DNA of 64,000 bases from the human T2T-CHM13v2.0 reference genome, Homo sapiens (GCF_009914755.1 NC_060942.1), one strand, 5' to 3'. Numbered from the stretch's first letter, positions 14,466-30,228 are shown. Notes: a model not told the origin generated them from the letters alone. Made by a program: numbers and translations.

Positions 14466-14635
14466 AATGTGGACCTGCTTGGAATTCCTTCTAATGCATG
14501 AAAGAACAGATCGGGGCAAGAATTGGTAGGATATACACACAAAGGCTTTTCTGGAGTCGATGCAGGAGTTCCATCTTGAGAAAAAGAAATCAGGGATAGC
14601 AAGGTCTCCTTTATTTATTTTTCAGAAAATGTCAT
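14466..14635 (-). other. Candidate, possibly disabled, alternative exon
   Basis: AAAATGA start; MTFSEK*IKETLLSLISFSQDGTPASTPEKPLCVYPTNSCPDLFFHALEGIPSRST plus 2 nt, donor ATT|GTAAGC; an internal acceptor tttctttttctcaAG gives a 109-nt exon 14574-14466. Confidence 0.2.
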
Positions 14636-14824
14636 TTTCTATTTGCAACTTCATTAAGAATGTGCATCATATGTCACCATATTTCAATAAAAAAACTCAG
14701 TGTACTCATCTGTTTAAATAAGGGCATTACACTGAAAATAATCTTTTAGATCCAGGTACTGAAGTTGTCATATGTTTATCATTATTAATATCAAAAACAT
14801 TTTACAGGGCTTCTGGTTAAGACA

Positions 14825-15128
14825 ATGTAGATGTTTTCATTTAAAGACACAAAATTTCAGTTGGATAGGAGGAATATGTTCAAAAGATCTATTGTACAAC
14901 AAGGTGACTATGGTTCATAACAATGTATTATATACCTAAATGTTGCTATAAGAATGGATTCTAAAATGTTTTCATAACACAAAAAATTATAACAGTGTGA
15001 GGTAACGGATATTTTAATTAGTTTGATTTAGCCATTCCACAATGTATACATATATCAAAGCATCACGTTTCACACCATAAATAAATACAATTGTTATCTG
15101 TGAGGTAAAAAATAAATTAGTTTAAAAA
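14825..15128 (+). mobile_element. L1MA 3' end
   Basis: caaaatttcagttggataggaggaata...agatctattgtacaac...ttgatttagccattccacaatgtatacatatatcaaa. Confidence 0.9.
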
Positions 15129-15369
15129 GATATATCTATGGCTTTTTTAAAACAAAATTCCTAGCATATACTTGTTTTACTAAGAGCTACCTCTGTGGTA
15201 ACAGTTTAAAAATTTATAAATGTATCACCTCTGGAACAAAAGAACAGTAACACTATCTTATGTAGCCCTTCATGCTTTGATTTTTAGCGATTATATTGTC
15301 CTAAATTATTTTCTTCTGTATATCCTAATTTAAACATTTAGTGGATGTCTAATTATGCTAAACAACATG

Positions 15370-15805
15370 AGGGCTGAACAAAGGAGTACTCAGTCTAGTT
15401 TGGGGACCAAACAAATACAACTAGTATATGAGACAAGCTCCATTAGGGTCATATTAATAATCAGAAGGGGGATCCTGGGAGGAGAAATTAACTTTAATTC
15501 TTGAAGATGACTATTGTAGAATGATATAGAAAGGTGGAGACATTTTAAGTGGGTCCAGAAGATTTTCATAAAAATTGACAAGAACAGAGGCAGAGAAGTC
15601 GGTTGTTGAAAAGGCTCAAATCTACTTACTGTGCCCAGGATTCAGCATTTCAAGGGACAGTACTAAAGTGAGAATGAAAAACTAGTAAGAGATGAGACTG
15701 ATTGGCATTTTGTGTCATTAAATCCCCATCTGGCTTAGGCAATAGTCACTGAAAGTTTCTAAACAGGAAAATCACATTTGAATTTTGGGAATAGGACTCA
15801 GCAAT
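15370..15805 (-). mobile_element. Degenerate L2 fragment
   Basis: Reverse L2-like motifs (aattcttgaagatga, gtcactgaaagtttctaaacaggaaa). Confidence 0.45.
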
Positions 15806-16680
15806 ATTTAGAGGAAATTCCAGCCTCCCTCATTCCTTCATATACACATTTGCCTCTTCTCTCCTCAATTCTGAGGCCTCTCCAACCACTCATTCTGGGG
15901 TCTCAGCCCTCCCACTCTGGGAGGGAACCCCATCCATCACTTGTCTCCCCTCCATTCTCCCTCCAACCTTGTCTTTGCTATTATAACCTTCTTGTGAGAA
16001 TTTAATAATCCAATGTTAATTAAATTTCAGAAGAATGCCATTCAGAAAGGTAATGAGAGCAGAGTAGAAGGTCCTAGGGGCATTTCCCCCTAAACATCAT
16101 GCTTTGAAAGGAGGCAATTATGAGAAAGACAGAGTGAGATACTGTTTAACTGTTCATTCTCTGTTTCTTCCTCCCACGATTTTCACAGCTGCTTGCGTCA
16201 TTTTAGCTGGTGGGCTAAGGGAAGTGACCATAACAACTCCAAATATGGAAAAAGATGCCCATTTGATGAGTTCCCTTTTTGTTTCTAGATGCATTCAAGC
16301 TGAACAGGTAAATTGGAGTTACTTTTTAAAGTTATTTGAATTAAATATATTTATTTTTTATTAGAGCTCTATAAATGATATATTCTGTCATTGTCTCATG
16401 AGTTATAATCTCTTGTTCTCTTTAACACAGCCCCACAGTACACTGTGACTCTCTTCTTAGCCAAAGCAGTAGCAAAACTGAGTGGGAGGCAAATACAGAA
16501 AGCCAACAGGCAAGATGTGAAACACGGAACTGTATAATCAATGTGCCTGAGTCCCCTCATTCACTCTCCTGTAAACACAATCAAAAGCTCTGATTTTAAT
16601 TCACTCTTGCCCTCATGCATAAGGAATTAAAGTTGCCCTTTCCAAGCTTTAAAACATCTGTGGTGGAAACCCTAATTACA

Positions 16681-16685
<5 letters not shown>

Positions 16686-16723
<38 letters not shown>
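16686..16723. repeat. (CA)n microsatellite
   Basis: About 19 AC units. Confidence 0.95.
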
Positions 16724-16726
<3 letters not shown>

Positions 16727-17874
16727 ACCAATGCAAAAAGAAAACCCGTAAGATTAAAAAAGAATACTTCACAATTCTGAGACGTTTAATGAAAATGAAA
16801 AATTACCAAAGGCCAATAGTGCCCTAGTATTTATTGTGTATTGTGGAATTTAATAAAGCCTTTCTGGGCACTGATATTAAAATAACCTTCATAACACTTT
16901 TAATTCCAGAATTTCAGGATGGAAAAATAGACATTTTTGAGTAAATATCTCTAAGTGCAAATGAAAAATATTTATTAACTTCGTCATCATTTATAAAAGA
17001 AAAATATTTTGAAAGTGCTGTTATTAATCCCCTTTTTCTCATCTCTTAGTTTGAGGACTCTGCAGTCTCCTGCAGATAACAAAAACATCATTTTCCATAT
17101 GCAGACTGAGATGAGAGACTCCTGGATATTGTCAGCACCTAATGTTCACTGTAAATTTATAAATATGTAAGATTAATGCTAACATAAAATGAGTTAGTGG
17201 AAATGATTTACACAGAATCAATCTGACTTAGCCATAAAACATTAATTACAAGTATTATGATACAGCATCATTATTATTTCACCTGTTACTAGATTTTATG
17301 ATCATAGTAAAAGTACTCAATCATTGACAAAGAATGTAACTACAGAAAATCACTCAACAGCTTCAAGTCTGAGCATGAGGGTAGTTTGTCATTTATTCTC
17401 TACTACAGTGAAAAACACCAGAGTGGCTTCACATAGTACTGGAAAGTTTATCTCTAGCAACTTCCAACTTAAAAGTAGTCCCCACCCCACAGATCCTATT
17501 CACATTAAAATCCAACTATACAGACAGCAATGATTTCCAGAATTCAAGTATCCATGCAGATACTGAAAACAGGCTTTGAACACTCCTAGAAAATTCAGAG
17601 CAGACCATCTGAAACAAATACTAAACCAATTCGGTTAAATAATACAAAATAATAAGACTTTAGAAATGGCTACAAGAACTTACTATATTTTATCAGTTAA
17701 GACATTTCTTGTTTCTAGGTATTATGTAACAAAATGAGGCAGGAGAAGTAAATTAAGCGTACACCTTGAAACAATTTTTATAAATATTTTCTTTTTGCAT
17801 GAGGCCAGATGTTGTCTCAAGCAAAAAGAACAAAGCTGGTGGCATCCTACTACCTGACTTCAAAATATATTACA

Positions 17875-18302
<428 letters not shown>

Positions 18303-18639
18303 TTACAGTTAATTGCTTTCCAACAAAGGTGCCAAGAATACATAATGAAAAAAGGTCAGTCTTTTCACTTAATGATGTTGGGAACCCAAGTAGATATCCA
18401 CATGCAGAAGAATAAAACTGGATTCTTTATCACAAACCATATATAAAAATAAACTAAAATGGATTAAATACTTAAACGTAAGACCTGAAATTGTAGAACT
18501 GCTAGAAGAAAACATAGGGGGAAAGCTCCACAACAGTAATCTGGGCAATTATTTTTGGATATCACTCTCTGAAAGTACAAGCAACAAAAATAAAAATAGA
18601 CAAATAGGATTGTATCAAAGTAAAAAGCTACTGCATAGA

Positions 18640-18937
<298 letters not shown>

Positions 18938-19540
18938 CTACTGCATGGAGAAGGAAACGAGAGACTGCAGAAACAACTCAGATTGGGAGAAAATATTTGC
19001 AAACCACACATCTGATGAAAGGTTTATATCCAGAATACATAAGGAACTTAATAGCAAGAAAACAAATAATCTGATTAAAAAGCGAGCAAAGGATTTGAAG
19101 GGACAATTATCAAAAGAAAACATTCCTATAGTAAATAGATATGTGAAGAAATGCTCATCATAACTCTCATCAGGAAGAGGCTAATAAAACTACAGTGAGA
19201 TATCACCTTATACTTGTAAAAATGGGTCTTATCTAAAAGACAAAAGATAAATTTGAGAAATAACATGAAGAAAAGGAAACCCTTGTACACCATTAGAATA
19301 AAAATTAGCACAGCTATTACAGAAACCAGTATGGAGGTTTCTTAAAAGATAAAAATAGAATTAACACATAATCCAACATTCCTACTTCTGGCTATATATA
19401 TAAAGGAATTGAAATCAGTGTGCTGAAGAGGCATTTGTATCCCCATGTTCTTTGCAGCATTGTTCACAACAGCTAAGGTAGGGAATCAGGAATCAACTTT
19501 ATTGTCCATGAACAAATAAACTAATAGAGAAAATGTGGTT

Positions 19541-22500
19541 CATGGCACATACTCTGAAATCAACCATACAATCTGATATAAAACAGGACTCAGCAAATTA
19601 AAAAAACAAAACAAAACAAATCATACCAACCACACTTTCGGACCATGGCAAAATAAAAATAAAAACCAATACTTAAAAAATCACTCAAACCATAAAATTA
19701 CATGGAAATTAAACAAGCTGCTCCTGAATGACTTTTGGGTTAACAATGAAATTAAGGCAGGAATCAAGAAAATTTTTGAATCTAATGAGGAGGAAGATAC
19801 AACATACCAGAATCTCTGGGACACAGCTAAGGCAGTGTTAACAACGAAGTTTATAGCATCTAACGTTCACCTCAAAAAGTAGACAGATTTGAAACTAACC
19901 ACCTAACATAACAACTGGAAGAACTAGAGAAGCAAGAGCAAACCAACCCCAAAGGAAGCAGAAGACAAGAAATACAAAATCAGAGTGAAACTGAAGGAAA
20001 TTATGATTGAAAAACCATACAAAAGATCAATGAATTCATGAGTTGGTTCTTTGAAAAAAATTAGTAAGATAGACCACTAACTACACATATAAAGAAAAAA
20101 AAGATAAGATCCAAGTAAACACAATTAGAAATGACAAAAAAGATGTTACCACTGACCGCACAGAAATACAACCAACAATCAGAGACTACTATAAACAGCT
20201 TTATGCACAGCAACTAGAAAATTTAGAAGAAATCAATAAATTCTTGGACACATACAATCTCGTATGACTGAACCATGAAAAAATTGAATCCTTGAATAGA
20301 CCAATAATGAACTCTGAAATTGAATCAGTCATAAAAAGCCTACCAACCAAAAAAAAGCCCAAGGCCAGATGGATTCACAGCCAAATTCTGTCAGATGTAT
20401 AAACAGGAGCTGGTGCCATTCCCATTAAAACTATTCCAAAAAATTGAGGAGCAGGGACTCCTCCCCAACTCATCCTATCAGGCCAATATCATCCAGATAC
20501 CAAAACCTGGCAGAGACACAACAACAACAAAAACACTTCAGGCAATAACCTTGATGAACATAGGTGCAAAAATCCTCAACAAAATACTACCAAATCAAAT
20601 CCAGCAGCACATCAAAAAGCTAATTCCCCTGTAATCAAGTAGGCTTTACCCCTGGGAAGCAAGGTTGGTTCAACATACACAAATCAATGAATGTGATTAA
20701 TCACATAAACAACTAAAAACAAAAACCACATGATTACCTTAATTGATGCAGAAAAGCCTTTTGATAAAATTCAACATCCTTTCATATTAAAACCATCAAT
20801 AAACTAGGCACTGAAGGAATATATTTCAAAATATTAAGGGCCATCTATAACAAACCCACAGACAATATCATACTGAATGGGCAAAAGCTGGAAGCTTTCT
20901 CTTTGAATATTGGCACAAGGCAAGGATCCCCTTTCTTACTACTCCTATTCAACATGGTATTGGAAGTCCCGACAAGCACAGTCAGGCAAGAGAAAGAAAA
21001 GAAATCCAAATAGGAAGAGAGAAAGTCAAACTATCCCTGTTTGCAGATAACATGATTCTATATCTAGAAAAACCCATAGTCTTGGCCCAAAAGCTCCTTG
21101 ATCTGATATACAACTTTAGCAAAGTTTCAGGAAACTAAATCAATCTATAAAAATCACTCGCATTCCTATACACCAACAGCCAAGCTGAGAGCCAAATCAG
21201 GAACACAATCCCATTTATAATTGTCACAAAATGAATAAAATACCTAGTACTACACCTAACCATGGAGGTGAAAGATCTATACAATGATAATTATAAAATA
21301 CTGCTGAAAGAAATCAGAGATGATACAAACAAATGAAAAAACATCCCATGCTAATGGATAGGAAGAATCAATATCATCAAAATGGCCATATGGCCAAAAA
21401 CAATTTGCAGATTCAATGCTATTCCTATCAAACTACCAATGACATTCTTCACACAACTAAAAAAAAACTATTTAAAAATTCATATGAAACAAACAAACAA
21501 AAAGCCCAAATAGCCAAGGCAATCCTAAGCAAAATAAACAAAGCTGGAGGTATCATATTACCCAACTTCAAACTATACTATAGGGCTAGAGTAACCAAAA
21601 CAGCATGGTACTCGTACAAAAATAGACACATAGACCAATGGAATAGAATGGGGAGCACAGAAAGAATGCCACACACCTACAAATATCTGATCTTTGACAA
21701 AGCTAACAAAAACAAGCAATGGGGAAAAGATCCTCCATTCAAAAAGTGTTAGGATAACTGGCTAGCCATATGCATTAGATTGAAACTGAACCCCTACCTT
21801 ACACCACATACAAAAATAAATGCAAGATGGATTAAAGACTTAAATGTAAAACCTAAAACTATAAAAACCCTGGAAGTTAACCTAGGAAACACCATTCTAA
21901 ACATAGAACTTGGCAAAGATTTCATGATGAAGATGACAAAAGCAATTGCAACAAAAACAAAAATTGATAAATGGGATTTAATCAAACAAAAGAGTTTCTA
22001 CATTACAAAGAAACTATCAACACAGTAAACAGACAATCTACATAATGGGAGAAAATATTTGCAAACTATGGATCCCACGAAGATCTAATATCCAGAATCT
22101 ATAAGAAACCAACAAATTTGTAAGCAAAAAACAAGCAAAAGTGGACAAAGAATATGAACAAACACTTTAAAAAGACACACATGCAGCCAATAAACATATG
22201 AAAAAATGCTAACATTGTTAATCATCACACAAGTGCAAATCAAAACCACGATGAGATACTGTCTCACAGATGTCAGAATGTCTATTATTAAAAAGACAAT
22301 AAAAGTAACAGATCCTGGCAAGGTTGTCGAGAAAAACGAACACTTATACCCAAGGAGTGTAAATTAGTTCAGTCATTGTGGAAAGCAGTGTGGCATATCC
22401 TGAAAGAACTGAACACAGAATTAGCATTCAACCCAGAAATCCCATTATTGGATATATACCCAAAGGAATGTAAACTATTCTACCATAAAGACACATGCAC

Positions 22501-22963
22501 GCATATGTTCATTGCAGCAATATTCACAATAGCAAAGGCACGGAATCAAACTAAATGCACATCAATAGTAGACTGGATAAGGAAAATGTGGTACATACAC
22601 ACCATGGAATAATATGCAGCCATAAAAAAAGAATGAGCTCATGTCCTTTGCAGCAACAAGGACGGTGCTGCATTTGTGGGAGACCATTATCCCAAGCAAA
22701 CTAACATAGGGACAGAAAAACAAATACTGCATGTTCTCACTTATAAATGGAGCTAAACAATGAGAACACATCGTTACTAGGAGGAGAACAACAGACAGTG
22801 GGCCTACTTGAGGGTGAAGCGTAGGAGAAGGGAGAGAATCAGAAAAAACACCTATTGAGTACTATACCTATTACCCAGCCGACAAAATTATCCATACACC
22901 AAACCCCTGCGATGTACAGTTTACCTATATGACAAAGCTGCACATGTACCCCTGGACCTAAAG
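19541..22963 (+). mobile_element. L1PA15/16-like, 5'-truncated, disrupted ORF2 plus 3' UTR
   Basis: ORF2 fragments ([27 protein letters not shown]; [24 protein letters not shown]; MFIAAIFTIAK); 3' UTR ggcctacttgagggtg...atcagaaaaaacacctattgagtac of old L1PA type. Confidence 0.9.
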
Positions 22964-23529
22964 TCACATTTATAGAAATACAGAGTAGAATGGTGGTCAT
23001 CAAAGGCATGGGGGTGGGAATGAAGGAATGAAAAAAATGTTAATTAAAGAATACAAATTTACAAATTTTCGATTAGACATAGAAATAAGTTTTTGAGATG
23101 TACTGCACAGCATGTTGACCATAATTAATAATAATGTATTGTGTATTTCCCAACTGCTAACATGGTAGATTTTAAATGTTCTCATTACAAAGAAAAGATA
23201 GTATGTGAGGTAATGGATATGTTAATTAGCTTAATTTAATCATTACACAAGGTACACATATATCAAAACATCACATTACATCCTGTACCCCTAAATATAT
23301 TGATTATGTGCCAATTAAAATAAAAATTTAAATTTAAAAGAAGTGATTATACTTGCTCAATGTTTTTCACTTAATGAAGGTGTAAGTAATCAAGAGCTTT
23401 TAGATTCTAGAATTTAAAAAATCAATTTTAGTAGAATTAGAAATTATTCAATATTGAAGTATAATGGATCAAGCTTTGAGGTCTCTGTAGAAGATCAAAT
23501 ATTTCTGTATGAATTATATAAACTTATTC

Positions 23530-26500
23530 TTCTATTGAAATGTATGTTGCACACAATAAAATTTATCAATTGTGCACATACATCTTAATTTGTAACATAT
23601 ACTCTTGTATAATGGGTACACTCCAGATGTACTCAGGTTTTATACTCAGAATATAGAATATTTTTGTGAAAGCTCTCTTGCATCCATTAGTATTCAATAG
23701 TGTCACCCCATTTCCAGCTTCTGAAAACCATTGTTCTGCTTTCTGTCACTACAGTTTTTCTTTTCTAGAATTTCACATCAATAGAATCGTATGGGATGCA
23801 ATGTTTGTGTTTTGCTTTGATGGGAATCAGTATATACCATGCCGACATGTGTCATATTAGCACAAAAATTATTTTGAGCTGAAGACATTTGAGTTCCTGA
23901 AATCCCTTATCTGCCTTAAAGCAGAGCCTCCTAATATAATACGAAAAGACTGAATTGTCATAAATCCCCTACCCCAGAGCAACTACCATCTCTTATCTAT
24001 TTTCTTAAGAGCTCATTTATCTTTCCAAAATAATTTTCTTTTCCAAAAGGGCCCTTTCTTTCCTCCCCGCTTCCCCTACTAAGTTAGACATTTAGACCCC
24101 AAATTCAATCACCTATTGAGTTACTCATCACTGAGAACTCCCAAGTATATGAGCAACACATATGTTAATAAACCTGTTTTTTTCCTCGCTCTCTCTCTTT
24201 AAGCTGTGTTTTGTCAGTCTAATTTACAAGGGCTCAGCCAATGAACTAAAGAAAAAAGAAAATTTTTTCGTTCCCTACATCTCTTTTCACTTAGTAAAAT
24301 GATTTTGAAATGCATCCATGTTGTTGTATGAGTCAATAATCTGTCCCTTTTCATAATGGATAGTGTTCCATTGTATCTGTATTCCATGATTTGCTTGCCT
24401 ATTCATCAGTTGATGGGCACTTAGAGTTGTTTCCAGTTTTTGACTATTATAAACAAAGCTTGCAAGAACATTTGAAAACAAGTCTTTGCATAAACATATG
24501 TTTTCATTTCTCTTGGAGAGATACCTAGTAGTGAGATTACTGGGCCACACAGGGTCTACCTTCCTTATTAAGAAACTGTAAAACTATTTTCCAGTAAGTT
24601 GTACCATTGTGCATTTCTACCAGTAATGTACGTTTCCAATTGCTTTGCATCCTCACTATCATTTATTATTGCCAGACCTTTTCATCTTAGCCACCCCAGT
24701 GAGTGTGAAGTAGTGTCTCATTGTGATTTCCATTTGCATTTCTCTAATTACTAACGATGTTGAGCATCTACTTAGGTACTTATTTGGCATTCATTTACCT
24801 TCTCTTGTGAAGTCTCTCTTCAAATAAAGTGCAAGTATTTTTAATAAAAATCAGGTTGCCTTATTAAGTCATAAGAGTTCTTATATCTACTAGATATAAA
24901 TTTCTTATCATATATGCTCTTTAAATATATTCTCCCAGTCTGTAGCTGGTCTTTTAATTTTGTAAGTAGTATATTGTGAAGAACAAATATTTTAACTTTA
25001 AAATGTCCAATGTACCAACATTTTCTTTTATGACTTGTGCTTTTTGCCTCACCAAAACTCACAAAGATATTATTTTTTTCTTCTACATTTTATAGTTCAC
25101 TGCTCTCTATATAGTTTATAGCTCTATAAACCAGTTTGAATTGTTTTGTATGAAGGATGTGAGGTCGAGGTTTACTTTTTCCACAAGGATTTCCAATTGT
25201 TCCAGCATCATTTTTTGAAAAAACGAAGATTTCTACATTGAATTACCCTGGGTCCTTTGTTAAAAGCCAATTAACCATATTCCTGAATTTTTTATTTTTT
25301 CTAATGATCTAATATGTATTCTTATTGCAATATCACACTATCTTGACTATTTTAGCAGTAGAGTATGACTTGAAATCAAATATTGTAAGTTCTCCAGCTT
25401 TGTTTTCTGTTTAAAATTTTGTTTAATTACTCTGTTTTTTGCAGTCTCATGTACTTTTCAGAATTAAGTGGTCAATCTACTATAATGTTTTATAGGATTC
25501 TATATTATTTAATTCACTAGGATTACATTGAAACTATCGATCACTTTGAAAATAATATCTCAACACGGTTGAGTCATCTAATCTGTGAAAAGGGAATATC
25601 TCTCCGTCATTGAGTTCTTTTTAAATTTCTTGGTTATGTTTTCAGTCTATAGATTTTGAAAACATGGGTTGCATTTATTTCTGTTTTTAATGCTTTCATG
25701 CTATTATAAATTACATTGTTAAAATTTCAATTTTTAGTTATTGGTGTTAGTATAGAGAAATGCAATTAATGTTCATGAGAGATATTGGTCTTCAGTTTTC
25801 TTTTGTTATAATGTCTTTGGTTTTGGTAGCAGGATATTGCGGACCCCATAAAATGAGGTTTGGAGAATTACCTCTTCTATTTTCTGGAAGGGTTCCTATG
25901 GAATTGGAAATATTTTTTGCCTGAGTGTTTCATAGAAATCATCAGTGAAGCCACCTGGGTTTGAATTTTTTTTTGATATTTTAAACAATAGATTAAAATG
26001 TTTGATAGACATTGAGCTTTTCAACATTTACCACTTTCTTCTTGACAGAACTTTGATAGTTTGTGTTTTTCAAAAACATTTTGCATTTCATCTTAGTTGT
26101 CAATTTTATTGGCTTAAAGATGCTCACTCATCTTTACCATCTTTTCATTTCTGTAGAATCTGTAATGATACTCATATAATTTTCTTGATATTATTAATTT
26201 GTATTCTCTCTTTATTTTCTGATTGGACTGGCTAAGGATTTGTCAATTTTATTAATGCTTTCCAAGAACTGCCTTTTGTTTTCTTTAAATTTATTTTTTA
26301 CTGTTCTTCTGTTTCTATTTAATTACGTCCTTGACTTATACTCACTATTTCCTTTTTTCTGTTTGCTTTGGTTTTAATTTTCTTTTCTTGCCATATAGTC
26401 TCTTTAGACAGAAACTTAGACCATTGATTTGATACTTTCTTCTTTTCTAATATAAGCAATTAGTGCAAAAATATTTCTCTAATTATTGTTTAGCTGTTTT

Positions 26501-27140
26501 TTACCCATTTTGTTGCATGGTAACTTCATTTTCAGTCAGTTCAAAATATTTTCTAATTTCTTTTGTGATTTCTTCTTTGAAATGTGGGTTATATACAAAT
26601 GTGTTCTTTTGTTTTTAAATAGTTGCCAAATTTCAAGATACTCTTTTGTTATTGATTTATAGTTTAATTTCTTTGTGGTCAGAGATTATACTTCACATGA
26701 TTTCAATCCTCTTTAATTCATTAAGATTTGTCTTATGGCTCAGCATCTGGTCTCTTCTGGGTTATGTTCTTGGTGTGTATTTTCTGTTGATGAGAGAAAT
26801 ATTCAAGCAAATCATGTTAGATGATAGTTTGTTCAAGTCTTCTATACTCTTTCCAATTTTCTCTACTTGTTCTATCAGTTACTGGGAGCAGAGTGTTGAA
26901 ATATCTAACTGTAGTTGTGGACTTGTCTCTTTTTCTTTGTAGCTCTATCAAGTTTTGCTTCTTATGATGTGAGGCTCTGTCATTAGGTGCAGAAACGTTT
27001 AGGACTGGAATGTCCTCTTAATAAAGTGATATCTTTATTATTACAAAATGTCCCTTTTTTCCCCAGTAATATTCCTTGTCTAAGATCTACTTCATTTGAC
27101 ATTAACAAAGCCATCCTAGCTCTCTTTTGATTACTGCTTG
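23530..27140 (-). mobile_element. Old L1M (L1MC/MD/ME-like), antisense, fragmented
   Basis: Reverse L1 3' UTR and ORF2 motifs (cagttgatgggcacttagagttgtttccagtttttgactattat; tttccatttgcatttctctaattactaacgatgttgagcatc). Confidence 0.8.
23818..24279 (+). mobile_element. MER34-family ERV1 solo LTR inserted in L1M
   Basis: TG...CA ends; attattttgagctgaagacatttgag near the start, AATAAA, tgtcagtctaatttacaagggctcagccaatgaac...ttccctaca end. Confidence 0.75.
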
Positions 27141-27329
27141 TGTGGCACACCAATTTTCATCTTTTCACTTTTAATGTCTTGCTTAAATGTATCACAGGAC
27201 TGTGTTTTCTCCACCCCTCCACCAGTGCATCACTCCCATTATCGAGCTCTCTATAGGTCAGTGAATGGGACACAAGACAGCGCTCAGGACAGAAACTTAG
27301 GAAGTAACTCCATTCCTCTTTTCTCCTAC

Positions 27330-27785
27330 CCATCAAGGGGATCCTAGTGATTCTTCAGAAAACACAAAAAACTCGTTTACCTGTCTCCACATCCACAGTA
27401 CAAACCTAAAAGAGGTCAAGATCTTCATGACTCTAGAGCTCTTGACCTACCTCCTAGCTCCCTCTGTAACCCACCTTCATGCCATTTCTTGTACCAGCAG
27501 CAAGGATGACCTTAAATACATGGCATTATGACCCTGCTTTAAGTCCCCTGGTCCCTTCCCATTGCACTTCGAACAAAATGTAAATTCCTCCCCATGACCA
27601 AGAAGCCCTAGATGACTGGCGCCCTGCTTCCTCTGTAAGCCCATTTCTCCTTGTGGACCACCACACTTCGGTTCCTCCTGGTCTTTCGGCTTCTTGATTC
27701 TATTAAATTATTTCTTATCTAGAGCCTCTGCTATTGCCTCTGCCTGGAATAAATTCACCTGAGTACTTTCCATTATTAGCATTTA
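27330..27785 (+). mobile_element. L2 fragment
   Basis: cccattgcacttcgaacaaaatgtaaattcct...agagcctctgctattgcctctgcctggaat. Confidence 0.65.
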
Positions 27786-27821
27786 AACTGAGACTGCAAG
27801 CATGCAAAAGTGTTATCACTT

Positions 27822-28135
27822 TATTCATTCATTCTCTCAACAAATATTTGTTCAATGCATACAAGATGTCAGACACTAAGCTTCATGCTGAGAAGGAAAT
27901 GGTGAGCCTAAAGATATTTGGTCCTTGCTCTCAAGGAGCTTACAATTCAATGGGGAAGACAGGCATCACTCCAGGAAAGTGCAAATATGCACTAAAAGAA
28001 GTCACATAAAGAAAGTGAGCCCAGCTCTATGGAAACCAATAATAAAATGGAAATCAACTGAGGCTGTAAATAAGGCTTTCTTGAGGATGGATTCTTTGAC
28101 CATGATTGGAATGGGGAGTAGGAGTTAACCAGCAT
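27822..28135 (-). mobile_element. L2 3' end
   Basis: ttcattcattctctcaacaaatatttgttcaatgc...ccttgctctcaaggagcttaca. Confidence 0.75.
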
Positions 28136-29021
28136 ACTGTGAATCCAGTGGTGAGGAAAATCATATTAATCGAAACTTTAGTTCATATACATGTACGGTT
28201 AACAAGATACAGTATGACAATTTTGATCAGACAAATCATGATTAGTAATTAGTTACAACATGCTCAATGTGGCTCAATCTTGTCATATTATCTGAAAGTA
28301 AAATTATGGGTTTATTATTTCAGTAAAGAGGAATAATATTTTGCGTATTAGTAGGTAGAAAAGATTTTTTTAAAAGAGTAATAACAAGGTTTTTTTTTAA
28401 AAAGCAAACTGATTCCTAACTAGTAAATTTAGTAAAATAAAAACACGTTAATGATAGTAAAGATTAGCAAAAACAAGAAATACTTTCATTTCCAAAGCTG
28501 CATTCCTTAGGCCTCATCCAAAGATGCCAAAACAATTCAACTCTTCTTTTGATGTGGACTTAAAACTAGAGGCAGAATGGACCAATACAAAAGGCAGAGA
28601 CATTTGAATATTTCACATTTGTTTCTGGGGCTGATACCTCAAATGGCCTGGGTTGGAGGTAAAGTTAGTCATCTAATGTACCAAATGGTGCCATACTTCA
28701 CATCACTTGACATATTCCTCCAAATTGACTTCAAAGTGTGATTTTACATTTAAGCCCCATTTTCCTTCTGACCTCTCAGCTATGCTGAAATTAACTAATG
28801 TCTTATTTACCTATAAATGTTATTTCTGCCTACCTGTATTTACCCAAATTCTATTTATTTTAAAAAATCGAGTTTAAAACTAAACTCTTCTCCCTCAGTT
28901 CTCATCTTTATAAAAGTTTCTCTGTCAGCAAGTTCTGGTAATCTAATCTTGGTGATATTTAGCTACATATTATCCTGCTTTCCTGTGTAACTGTTTCATA
29001 GGTGCGCTACTTGCATCTCTC

Positions 29022-29486
29022 AAATCAGTTAACCATTGATGTTTAATAAATGACTCCAAAATTCAATGGCTAAAAACTATGACCATTTACTTAGCTCACG
29101 ATTCTGCTGAGCAGTTTGTCTGGCCTGGTTAGGTACTGCTGATCTCGCTAGGTCAGCTTATGCATTTGAAGTCAGTTTGAGAGTCAGCCAGGGGCTGCTC
29201 ATCCCAGATGGCCTCACTTACGGGTTTACGGCAGTTGGCTGATGACTGGGTCACACTGTGTTCAAGATCTAGCAGGCTAGCCTGTGCTTCTTCCCATGGG
29301 TACTGGGTACTAAAAGCATCCAGAGGGTAAGCTCTACTATACAAGTGCTTTTCACGATTCTACTCAAATCATTTTTACAACTGTCTCAGTGGCCAAAGCA
29401 ACCCACTTTTGGATAGGAAGACCTATAATGTCACTATCAATAGAGAGAGAGAAATAATTCGTGGTCATTTGTTATAATGGACCATA
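29022..29486 (-). mobile_element. MLT1-type (MaLR) LTR
   Basis: ccaaaattcaatggctaaaaac...ttagctcacgattctg...ctagcaggctagcctgtgcttc...ggccaaagcaa is reverse MLT1F/G-like. Confidence 0.75.
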
Positions 29487-29582
29487 TCTTTAGATTAAAA
29501 AAAAAAGAAGCATTTTCTTTGGAACCCGGTATCAGTGCCATGCATGTATGAAAGGCGCTCAAGACATTATATATATATATAA

Positions 29583-29858
<276 letters not shown>

Positions 29859-29915
29859 ATATTTTTAACTGAATGCTTAACTAAATGAACAGGCTGATAA
29901 AAGACCCACACCTCA

Positions 29916-30228
<313 letters not shown>

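Noticed and set aside
14250-14610. Plus-strand frame that looks coiled-coil if stops are read as Q or R
   Set aside because: It has five stops and no recognisable homologue, and it conflicts with the minus-strand exon reading.
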